Origin: a virus
Taxonomy: Duplodnaviria; Caudoviricetes
Strand: one strand, 5' to 3'
Length of the DNA stretch: 58,273 nucleotides
Virus record (IMG/VR): IMGVR_UViG_3300029309_000040
Location: 1-58,273 of that record
In this document: piece by piece, positions 37,061 to 45,453 of the stretch
Position numbering within the stretch: the stretch's first letter is position 1
Layout: each line of letters starts with the position of its first letter
The notes under the pieces: generated by a model
Seen by the model: the letters and a program-made list of their open reading frames with translations, nothing else
What the model was told of the DNA's origin: nothing
Database searches by the model: none
Position numbers and translations under genes: made by a program

Positions 37061-37849
37061 GTCACAGAATTCACAATTCATACACATTTTCGTGAATGTT
37101 TATTGTTTTTCCACAGGGCAAAGGGCGGAAACCCAGTAACGGCGCGGGGTGTGGGCGATGTCTTTTTTATGGCATCATGTCCGACGAAAGCGGGGGGGCA
37201 TGTCATATAGTAGGAACGGGCGGGGGGGTTGTCCCCTGCTCTCCTTTGCCGTCATCGGATGAAAACGGGGGGAACTTGGGCGGGATCGAACGGGGGTCCG
37301 TCTATAGGTTGGCGGGGATAGGCTGTGGATATCGGGGGGAAACGCTGAAAACCTGAAAAGCCCACCGATAGCAGCGGGGGGAGGGGGTTCGAGGATGCGG
37401 TTTGCGTTGCGTTGCGCAGCGTGTGCATGTATACATAATCCCCTCGCGTCAATGTTCTGGCTTCTTTTGTGGATACTTTATTACCAACTGCCCCTTGGTG
37501 CTTGTAGTTGGGTCAGGTTCGACCGTCAGGGTCCCCCCAGACCCCTGACGCAAAGAACCGCATAGAGAATCTGTCATAGAATCTTGCATTTGGGGGTTGA
37601 CATTGTCATTTTTTTTGTGTAACTTCGCATCACTCCTAGTGCTAGATTCTCAAGGTTACTCAGCGCGGGGCCTTGGGGGGCCCCACTTGGTAACCTAAGC
37701 AAATAAGAAACCCCGTTTGGGTTTTTTTTTTGGCTATACAGTGTTGACTGTGTTACTCAGTTAGGAAGTGAATACAGGGATGCTGTGTCTTGTTGTGAAG
37801 TGGGGGTTGTATGCAGTTGAGGGACAGATAGTTGCATTATCTTAGCAAT
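37061..37849. other. Divergent non-coding control region between early and late arms
   Basis: No credible ORF; G-run repeats, hairpins, promoters in both directions. Confidence 0.7.
37630..37731 (+). ncRNA. Candidate small RNA (~100 nt)
   Basis: TTGACA 37597 and TAACTTCG 37620; nested stem AGGTTAC/GTAACCT with GGGGCC/GGCCCC; terminator AAGAAACCCCGTTTGGG followed by 10 T. Confidence 0.45.
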
Positions 37850-38560
37850 ATGAGACTGAAAAAGCTGCAAAACGGGGGTCGGCCAGGGGGTGACCCTGTG
37901 CAAGACAGCGTAGGTACATCTGTCCCTGACACGGTTAGAAAAATACTTTTGGGTTTACCGCAAGTCACAAGGCAGATTGTCCTCGACAAAGTTGATTCCG
38001 ATCAAGGAGAAGTCGCAATCAGCGATTACACCCCTGAAGAAAAAGAGGCTTACACGAAGTACTTTGAAGAGAACTTCCCTTTTATAGATTTCACCATTCA
38101 GGAGTTTGTTTCAAACAACAGGCGTGAAGCCGCCCCCCCGCCAATCCCATCGGGTGAGCATGGGCCTGACCCAGACATTGAAATACGACCTAGTGTAAGA
38201 CCCCCCACTCCAAGGATAAAACCATTAGAAACAAAGGGGTTACCTGAAACAGAACTAGACAAAAACTTGCGCCCCATGCTACGCCTGAAAAGGGACGTTC
38301 TGATTGACGAGCAACCTCTTATGCATGACCCCGCAGAGGCGGCTCGAAAAGCTGGGTTTAGGGGGGTAAAGAGTGAGCCCGTCCAGATTGGTCTGAAGCG
38401 GTTCTTTCGCCGTCCTGACGGAACGGGGTACGTTAACACAGAGATGTTTAAATCAGGAGGAAAGATTGGCAAGAAAATCAAAGTCTTGAAGAAAGAAGGT
38501 CGACCACACGATCAAGCTGTAGCCATCGCACTATCTATGAGAGACCGAGGACAGCTATGA
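37850..38560 (+). CDS. Hypothetical late protein with xxGG motifs
   Basis: ATG 37850 lies 4 nt after TATCTTAG; LQNGG and FKSGG motifs; C-terminal KKEGRPHDQAVAIALS. Confidence 0.65.
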   Translation: MRLKKLQNGGRPGGDPVQDSVGTSVPDTVRKILLGLPQVTRQIVLDKVDSDQGEVAISDYTPEEKEAYTKYFEENFPFIDFTIQEFVSNNRREAAPPPIPSGEHGPDPDIEIRPSVRPPTPRIKPLETKGLPETELDKNLRPMLRLKRDVLIDEQPLMHDPAEAARKAGFRGVKSEPVQIGLKRFFRRPDGTGYVNTEMFKSGGKIGKKIKVLKKEGRPHDQAVAIALSMRDRGQL

Positions 38561-38640
38561 AGAGCAAAAAGCGTAGAGCCAAAGGCATGCTCCCGAAGAA
38601 GCGGCGCATGTACCAGAACGGTGGTGGTGTCGGAGACCCA
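38557..38640 (+). repeat. ~84-nt leader repeated at 39234-39317
   Basis: Both encode MKxKKRRxKGMLPKKRRMYQNGGGVGxP. Confidence 0.9.
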
Positions 38641-39234
38641 AAGAAAAATGGGATGCCAGATTGGTACCCTGCTTTCTTGCATGCTCTGTCAGGGGTGGAA
38701 TCCTCGTATGGTAAGAATATGATGAACCCCACCACTACAGCAACGGGGTTGTACCAGCAGATGTATGACGAAATCAAGGACATGCCAGAGATGAAAGGGG
38801 TGTCTAGAGCTGATTTCGCTAAAGACCTAAAGCTGCAGAGACAGATTCAAGACATGCGCATGCGTGGGGAGATACCTGGGGTGCCAGGGTTGCTGCGTAA
38901 CGCAAGAGACATCAAGTCTAAAAACCTCTCCCCAGACGAAGTAGCGGCTATGAGCCACTTTATAGGTAGGGATGGGTTGATGCAGCAGCTCAAAAGCGGG
39001 TATGATATCCCAGGGAACAACGCTTCTTTCGATGAGTACTTGTCTCGGTACCGAAAGGCAAGAGCTACATACAAACCCCCAGTAGCAGAATCAGACACTA
39101 TACCTATGCTACCCGTCTCCGCCCCACGGGAGGTGACTTCAGATTTGAAAAATGCATTTAAAATCTTGCGGGAATCCCCGCGAATCTCACCTCAGTTGCA
39201 AAACGCTATTGGTATACTAAGGGATAGTCAGTAA
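38557..39234 (+). CDS. Lytic transglycosylase / lysozyme-like virion protein
   Basis: FLHALSGVESS...ATGLYQ (catalytic ES and GLxQ motifs). Confidence 0.7.
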   Translation: MKSKKRRAKGMLPKKRRMYQNGGGVGDPKKNGMPDWYPAFLHALSGVESSYGKNMMNPTTTATGLYQQMYDEIKDMPEMKGVSRADFAKDLKLQRQIQDMRMRGEIPGVPGLLRNARDIKSKNLSPDEVAAMSHFIGRDGLMQQLKSGYDIPGNNASFDEYLSRYRKARATYKPPVAESDTIPMLPVSAPREVTSDLKNAFKILRESPRISPQLQNAIGILRDSQ

Positions 39235-42200
39235 TGAAGAACAAGAAGCGTAGACCTAAAGGCATGCTCCCTAAGAAGCGGCGCATGTACCAAAACGGTG
39301 GTGGCGTCGGGAATCCCCCACAGGGTACTATCACCCCACAAGAAGTGTTAGCTCGACTAGAGCAACTTCGAAACCCCGACAGGTTGAGAACTGGGGACGC
39401 CCCGTTCCGTACTATTAGGCAGGAGAAAAATCGTCAGGCATCGGAAGGGACGGACGAAGCTATGTTTGAGTTCATCCGTATGTTCCCTGTACTCGGTGAT
39501 GCTATTGACTTGGTTGAGGCGGGGAAGGTGAACCTTACGGGGAAGGACCTTAGCGGACGTGAGACGGACAAAAGCCTGTACAATACGTTTGCTGCTGCAG
39601 GGCTTGTCATCCCGAATGTTTTAGAAAGGCCCTTGAAGTTCCTTTTGAGGAAGGGGGCACGCAGTGCAGACGACATAGCTAGGGTAATCAGGGAGAATCG
39701 TGGTGCTGAAGAGCTCGCCCCGCTGAAAGAGTTGCAGCAGAAGGCTGAAGCGTTCGAGAGTAGGTTGATTAAGGGGGCTAGACCGACTCGTGACGCCCTG
39801 CAAAGTAGCGGTATAAACTTCAACACATACACAAGACCAGAACAAGGTGCTAAGAACTGGATGCTAGAAAACGACCCTGACCTTCTGATGAAGTTTACCC
39901 CTGAAGCATACGACCAAGGTATGTTCGATCGTAGGATGCAGGAGTTCGGGGATCAGTACCTCACAATGTATAGAGGTGTGGATGCCGACAACCCAGAACA
40001 GGCTGCGCGATATATGACTGAAGTCCAAAAAGGCGGAAACCTTGGAGGGCAAAATGCAGGTCCAGGTATTTACGGTACGTCAGAAGTAAGGGTGGCAGAT
40101 GATTACGGAGGGTATATAGGTACAGTTCGCACCGCCCCAGACGTAGCTCAGTCTTTCGACCCATCAGACAGAATCATATCTGACTTGGTTAGACTAGAAG
40201 AAGAGGGGGCAATGTATCTCCCCATTGAAGAGCGACAGCTTCTGTCTGACTTGGGGGCATTTCCTGGCATGGAAACTCGTAGCGACCGCGTAAGAGTGGT
40301 GCGTTCTCTCCCTGCTAGTCAGCAAAAGATTCTAGAGATCACCTCTCCAGGTGAGCAATTTGTGCCGAAGTACAAGAGCGACTTCGCTGGTTCAAACGTG
40401 AGTTTGCTTCCTGGAGATAAACGAACTAGAGGTCTACAGACGGCATACGAAAGGCTCTTCCCGCTTGTCGAAAAATACAAGAACGGTGGTAAGGTAGATG
40501 GGGACCCCCCACAGGGTACTATCACCCCGCAAGATGCTTTGATGCGTGCACTGCAACCTGACAATCAATTCAGGTTGACTGGTGGGGACGCCCCGTTCCG
40601 CACTATCAAGCAGGAGCAAGACCGTATGACAGCAGAGACTGTCGATGACAGCATGTTTGAGACGGCTAGGTTCCTCCCAGTTATCGGTGAGGGTATCGAC
40701 GCTGCCGAGCTAGCTAAAGTAGCCGCTACAGGTGAGGACTTCTACGGGGAGGAGCAAGACCCAGCTATGTTCGCTGGTATGACGGCGGCGGGGTACCTCA
40801 TCCCAAACATACTTGAGAAGCCTTTGAAGTCGGCGTGGAGAGCCGTAAAGAAGTTCCCAGCGAAGCTACCGAAGCGAGAGTTCCGAGAACTCCCTAGCGA
40901 GCAGAGAGAGGCGGTACTGCAAAACCTGACTCAAGCTCATAATGAGGTGTACGATATGTCACCTCGTCTGAGTGACTTGGATCGAGATGTTTTCGACCTA
41001 AGTGGAGGTTCTTACAACGTCCGCCAGCTCCCGTCGCTGATGTCAGGGAGTAAGCTAGAGAACGCTGTAGGTAAAGACGGGTTGATTCAAGTTAGTCAGA
41101 TTGAGAACCTCATCAACAGCAAAGACATCTCTGCGGCAGAGCGGGAGGCTCTGCAAGACGCCCTGTTCAAGTCTCGTGTCCAGCAGGGAGAAGCATTGGG
41201 CCTAGAATCTGGCGCACCGCTCCCTGATAAAATTGACTACCTGAACTTCAAGCGGGCAGGTATGGGGAATATGAATCGTCCTTTCCGTGTCGAGGAGAGT
41301 AACCAATACGCAGACTACGGATTGGGCAATCTAGGATACTCGTTTGATGCAATTCCTTCGTTAGAGAAACAGGGTCTAGAGGCTCGTACCAACCTTATCC
41401 GCACCACAGACCCTGAGCTGCAGTCTACTGAGTACGGTCACTTTGGGGAGGACGTCATCGGGCACTACCGCACCTTCGAGCGCCCAGACGAGGAAGGGGT
41501 GCTGTACATCTCTGAGCTGCAGGCCGACCCGCTACAAGCGCGTGGACCTGCAGGGGAGAAGCGTGTGGGTTTGAACATTGGGGAGGGAGGACCTACTACT
41601 AAGCAAGCAAGCCTCATCAAAAACCAAGACCAGTTCCTTATTTCTCACATCCTAGAGAACGAAGCGAAGGGGGCAGACAAGCTTCGCTTCCCGACAGGGG
41701 AGACGACAAGCAAGATTCAGGGTTATGGGTATCAGACCCGTAGGATTAGCAGGGCGAAGTCAGACGTAGAGTTGTACGAGAACATTTCTAAAGAAGCTAG
41801 GGGGAACGAGCTCGTGGACAAGACCTTCAAAGAACACCCGATGTTCAAGGGAAAGAGTGAGGGTGAGATTATGTACATGATGGAAGGTGTCGCTTCAGTA
41901 AGGACGAAAGTCAGTAGCCTGGGTGAAACTGACCAAAGAATTTTCAATGAATACGAGCAGGGGTTCAGGGAGCTTGGTGGTGATGATAACGCCACCCGAA
42001 AAGCCGTCTTCGATTGGTACGACGCAACCAAGAAGCTGCGCTCTTCGCGTGAGCACCTATCTCGCATCAACGCTAGTGAGCAAGCCACTCAAGGCATTAT
42101 GAAAGGTTACGACCGCCTCCCGAAAGCTTTGAAGAAGCATGGGTTGGATGCCACCAAAGTCACTGACGATGTAGGCAATACTTGGTGGGAGGTAGATATC

Positions 42201-42278
42201 CCCGCTCGCCTCGGAGAAGGTGTAGGGGAGATTCGTGCCTATAATAGCGGTGGTAAGTTCAGAATCTTAAAGAAGTAA
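39234..42278 (+). CDS. Polyvalent protein: two PT-TG-like modules, an ART-like domain and an ELQ-type domain
   Basis: FPVLGDAIDLVEA..TGKDLSG and LPVIGEGIDAAEL..TGEDFYG; MYRG...GPGIYGTS...ADDYG; YISELQADP. Confidence 0.6.
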   Translation: MKNKKRRPKGMLPKKRRMYQNGGGVGNPPQGTITPQEVLARLEQLRNPDRLRTGDAPFRTIRQEKNRQASEGTDEAMFEFIRMFPVLGDAIDLVEAGKVNLTGKDLSGRETDKSLYNTFAAAGLVIPNVLERPLKFLLRKGARSADDIARVIRENRGAEELAPLKELQQKAEAFESRLIKGARPTRDALQSSGINFNTYTRPEQGAKNWMLENDPDLLMKFTPEAYDQGMFDRRMQEFGDQYLTMYRGVDADNPEQAARYMTEVQKGGNLGGQNAGPGIYGTSEVRVADDYGGYIGTVRTAPDVAQSFDPSDRIISDLVRLEEEGAMYLPIEERQLLSDLGAFPGMETRSDRVRVVRSLPASQQKILEITSPGEQFVPKYKSDFAGSNVSLLPGDKRTRGLQTAYERLFPLVEKYKNGGKVDGDPPQGTITPQDALMRALQPDNQFRLTGGDAPFRTIKQEQDRMTAETVDDSMFETARFLPVIGEGIDAAELAKVAATGEDFYGEEQDPAMFAGMTAAGYLIPNILEKPLKSAWRAVKKFPAKLPKREFRELPSEQREAVLQNLTQAHNEVYDMSPRLSDLDRDVFDLSGGSYNVRQLPSLMSGSKLENAVGKDGLIQVSQIENLINSKDISAAEREALQDALFKSRVQQGEALGLESGAPLPDKIDYLNFKRAGMGNMNRPFRVEESNQYADYGLGNLGYSFDAIPSLEKQGLEARTNLIRTTDPELQSTEYGHFGEDVIGHYRTFERPDEEGVLYISELQADPLQARGPAGEKRVGLNIGEGGPTTKQASLIKNQDQFLISHILENEAKGADKLRFPTGETTSKIQGYGYQTRRISRAKSDVELYENISKEARGNELVDKTFKEHPMFKGKSEGEIMYMMEGVASVRTKVSSLGETDQRIFNEYEQGFRELGGDDNATRKAVFDWYDATKKLRSSREHLSRINASEQATQGIMKGYDRLPKALKKHGLDATKVTDDVGNTWWEVDIPARLGEGVGEIRAYNSGGKFRILKK

Positions 42279-42279
42279 C

Positions 42280-42408
42280 ATGAACGAAGAAGACGACATC
42301 AGCTTCCTCAACCCTGAGCGGGTGAAGAAGACAGAAGAGAAACTTGAGAGTGGGGAGATCACTTGTAACATCGACTCCCCAGAGGACTGCGAATCCTGCA
42401 GCGGGTAA
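42280..42408 (+). CDS. 42-aa peptide ending CNIDSPEDCESCSG
   Basis: ATG..TAA fills the gap between genes; below the track cutoff. Confidence 0.65.
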   Translation: MNEEDDISFLNPERVKKTEEKLESGEITCNIDSPEDCESCSG

Positions 42409-42426
42409 TCATATTATATTTGTAGT

Positions 42427-42897
42427 ATGGCAACACTAACAGTATCTCTGACTGAAGAGCTAGAACTGAACGGGAAGAATCGCGGGGGTGAGCATACGTT
42501 CAGTATCTCAAGCGTAACTCAGGCATACACCCGTGTGGTGACGTGCCCAGCCAATAACGATACCACCATAGCGACATTCCAGACGGCAGTGCATACTGCA
42601 GACAACGCCATCGATCTAGAAGACACCAAGTACATACGAGTAACGAACCTAGATTCTAGTAACGAAGTCGTGCTTTCCCTTCAGATATCTAACGATGAAG
42701 ACGGGGCGGCTGACGGGAGCACCAGCATTTTGCTGGCTGCAGGGCAGAGCTACATGATGGGGGTACCTCACGAAGGCATCGCGTGTGACGACGATGCTGC
42801 CACCCCGATTACTGACGCTGCATTGCACGATCTAGAGTCTATCATTGTAGACCCTAAGACCAACTCTGTTAGCGTAGAGGTCTTCGTAGCTAGCTGA
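42427..42897 (+). CDS. Putative structural protein related to 2902/3306
   Basis: MATLTVSLTE; KYIRVTNLD; TATATTTG box at 42415-42422. Confidence 0.6.
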   Translation: MATLTVSLTEELELNGKNRGGEHTFSISSVTQAYTRVVTCPANNDTTIATFQTAVHTADNAIDLEDTKYIRVTNLDSSNEVVLSLQISNDEDGAADGSTSILLAAGQSYMMGVPHEGIACDDDAATPITDAALHDLESIIVDPKTNSVSVEVFVAS

Positions 42898-42939
42898 TGG
42901 GGAGTAAAGGATACTTCAACCCCAGACTAAAGAAATTCA

Positions 42940-43428
42940 ATGAACTTAAAAGAACCAAGCTTGCAGCTAGAGGTACTACGCTTCAGCAGCGAGAAAGACA
43001 GCACCAACGGCCTCCTGTTCGATATCACAGGGGACCATCGTGAGTTTTTATGTTACACCTTAGAAGATGAGCTCAGAGAACAAAAAATCAAAGGGGAGAC
43101 TAGAATCCCTGAAGGAGAGTATGACATCACGCTACGCACGTTTGGTGGCTTTCATCATCGATATCAAAAACGATTTGCTGATATTCATCTGGGAATGCTG
43201 TGGGTACGTGACGTCGCTGAGTTCTCGGATATTCTCATTCATTGTGGAAATACTGACGAAGACACGTCGGGCTGTCTCCTCGTGGGTGACTCGCAAGAAA
43301 ACAACCAAGTAAAGAAGAACGGGTTTATAGGGCACTCCACCCGTGCATACTTCCGACTCTACCCCTTGGTGGCCAAACAGCTCCGTGACGGGAATCGCGT
43401 TACCATCAAGTACACCGACTTGAGTTAA
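42940..43428 (+). CDS. DUF5675-like peptidoglycan enzyme (endolysin candidate)
   Basis: CYTLED, ETRIPEGEY, ILIHCGNT..DTSGCLLVG. Confidence 0.75.
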   Translation: MNLKEPSLQLEVLRFSSEKDSTNGLLFDITGDHREFLCYTLEDELREQKIKGETRIPEGEYDITLRTFGGFHHRYQKRFADIHLGMLWVRDVAEFSDILIHCGNTDEDTSGCLLVGDSQENNQVKKNGFIGHSTRAYFRLYPLVAKQLRDGNRVTIKYTDLS

Positions 43429-43847
43429 GACTCCAGTCTGTTGTAAAAGCGCTGTACCATCAGCCGCCCTTTCTGCGAAAGAGCATACCTCACCCTGTAG
43501 TTGTACTTCGTCTCTTCTCGAAAGAGGTGGTCCTCACGACACTCAGACAAGGTCTTCTTCTCGAAGTGCTTGTATAGATAACCTTCTCTAACCATAGGGT
43601 ATACAATCCTGTCGGCAAGCTTATCCTTGTACATACCGTAGTCTTTAGATGCAAAGTCTAGAGTCCAAAACTCTAAATCATAGCACCAAAGGAGGAAGTA
43701 TAGCTCCGTTTGATACAAGTCGTGTTGCTTCTGACACCATAACAGGTTCTCTCTCAGCCGCTTGAGGTGGTTCTTTTTTACGTATTTTTGAGGGAGAGGG
43801 GACATGTCCCGAAACATCCTCTTTTTACTTACAGTACTTCGCGGCAT
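43425..43847 (-). CDS. Winged-helix (MarR-like) regulator
   Basis: EGYLYK...RYALSQKGRLMV wing motif; the only minus-strand gene in the late arm. Confidence 0.55.
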   Translation of the reverse strand: MPRSTVSKKRMFRDMSPLPQKYVKKNHLKRLRENLLWCQKQHDLYQTELYFLLWCYDLEFWTLDFASKDYGMYKDKLADRIVYPMVREGYLYKHFEKKTLSECREDHLFREETKYNYRVRYALSQKGRLMVQRFYNRLES

Positions 43848-44593
43848 GAATAACAGAGAAAAGTTCTTGATGGAAGTTCAGAAGCTTCATGTCTTACTTG
43901 AGGCCATCACTCAAAAGTACGACATGGAGCATGAAGTGGTAAACATCATGCTGACGGGAATGCTCGATAGCGATGATATGGGGGAGCCAGTGCTCAAAGC
44001 TGTCTACAGTATGAACGTAGACAACGAAGAGCTGTTGATGGAGGCTCTAGATTTCTTGCACTTCTCTTACAGCGCTCCGATAGATTTGGATGAGGAGTTC
44101 TATTCTGAGACTTGGTACCTTCCTATTCTCGATGAATTAAACGATATTGACCCATCTCTGAACTGATGGGAGGGTTGATACGAAAGATTGTGATTGGGAG
44201 AGACCCGAAGGATGCCATGGCTTACTACGTTGGCATGCGTGCTGGTAGCGGTAAGGTAGCGGCCATAGTGCTTGACGAAGCCCACTTGCATCGCTATGGG
44301 AAGATGCGATATTTAGTCTATCTAGATATAGACGATGCACAGGTGCTATGGAAGGCCATCGACGATATGCCCTGTATACTTGAATACGATTTAAATTTTT
44401 AATTATGGAAGAAAACCTATACACTGCTGGGGGGGAGTTTAGGAAGCTAAACGGAGAGGAATACATAGGGCCATATCATGTACATCCAGAGTTCGGTGCT
44501 ATGATAGGACCGTACCACCTCCCCACCCCTCACGAAAGGTTGATTCCGATTACCAATCCTAGCTCGGATATGGTGAGAGCAAGCGGATACTAA
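43846..44593 (+). CDS. Three small hypothetical ORFs (43846-44166, 44166-44402, 44405-44593)
   Basis: Co-oriented, abutting ORFs. Confidence 0.55.
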
Positions 44594-45168
44594 TGAATAT
44601 GCTGTATTACTTCGTTGTGGAACTCCCAAAAAAGTTCCGTGACGAAATCGACTTCGCCGATACCACGCTGAAGATTGAGACCAAGTTCAACGAGTTTGAG
44701 CACAGAGTAAACGAAGGGGAGGTGAAGCACATCCCCTTGAAGTTTGATACCCCAGTAAAACCTGGGGACACGTTATATTTCCACCACAACGTAGTTATAA
44801 ACGGGGGGATGCCGTTTGCAGACTACAAAGACCACTATGTGGTAAGCTTCGACCCGAAGGTAGCTGTGAACAGCCACGCCTATGCCTACAAGCCCCAAGG
44901 AACAGACGAGCTCATCCCGCTAGAGGGGTGGAGCATATTACAGGAATCGTTTGAAAAGGAAGTAGAAGAGGCTATGTTCGAAGTCGTAGAGTTCAAAAAG
45001 AAGCCTCGAACTACGGGGGTAGTGGCCGCTATGAGCGATCAGATTGCAGAGCTCGGGTTGTCTGTGGGGGATACCGTCGGGTTCAAAGAGAACAGGGACT
45101 ACGAGTTCAAAGCCAACGATAAGGTTTACTTCCGTACCCGAGTAGAGGACTTGCTCTATGCCATCTAA
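44593..45168 (+). CDS. Tandem GroES-like co-chaperonin
   Basis: GEVKHIP..VKPGDTLYF and TGVVAAM..LSVGDTVGF, two GroES-like repeats. Confidence 0.65.
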   Translation: MNMLYYFVVELPKKFRDEIDFADTTLKIETKFNEFEHRVNEGEVKHIPLKFDTPVKPGDTLYFHHNVVINGGMPFADYKDHYVVSFDPKVAVNSHAYAYKPQGTDELIPLEGWSILQESFEKEVEEAMFEVVEFKKKPRTTGVVAAMSDQIAELGLSVGDTVGFKENRDYEFKANDKVYFRTRVEDLLYAI

Positions 45169-45451
45169 GAAGTTTACTACGCTGGATGCAGCGAAGCGGT
45201 TGATGGGGAGCATGGAGGTCGCCATAGACAATATGATTGAGGAGATTAAGAAGCCTGTAGACTCCGAAGTGAACGGGAGCGCGAGGAAGGCGGAGTTGCA
45301 ATCCATCAAGCAGACAGCCGTAGATTGCAAAGAGCTTTTGGTTGAAAGACAGAAGTTGGAGCAGATGATGAAGGACCTTACTTTGGGGGGCGAAGTCTCT
45401 GAGGGTAAAGACTACACTGGGGGGTTCGCAGAAAAATTCAGTAAGAAATAG
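45158..45451 (+). CDS. Terminase small subunit
   Basis: Helical 97 aa upstream of TerL; C-terminal GFAEKFSK. Confidence 0.55.
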   Translation: MPSKKFTTLDAAKRLMGSMEVAIDNMIEEIKKPVDSEVNGSARKAELQSIKQTAVDCKELLVERQKLEQMMKDLTLGGEVSEGKDYTGGFAEKFSKK

Positions 45452-45453
45452 TT

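Noticed and set aside
37096-37452. ORFs 37096..37356 (+) and 37252..37452 (-)
   Set aside because: Low-complexity translations of G-run DNA with no start context; treated as non-coding.
42897-43043. 48-aa basic ORF MGSKGYFNPRLKK... overlapping the lysin start
   Set aside because: Plausible start overlap but mostly out of frame within the DUF5675-like gene; not enough support.
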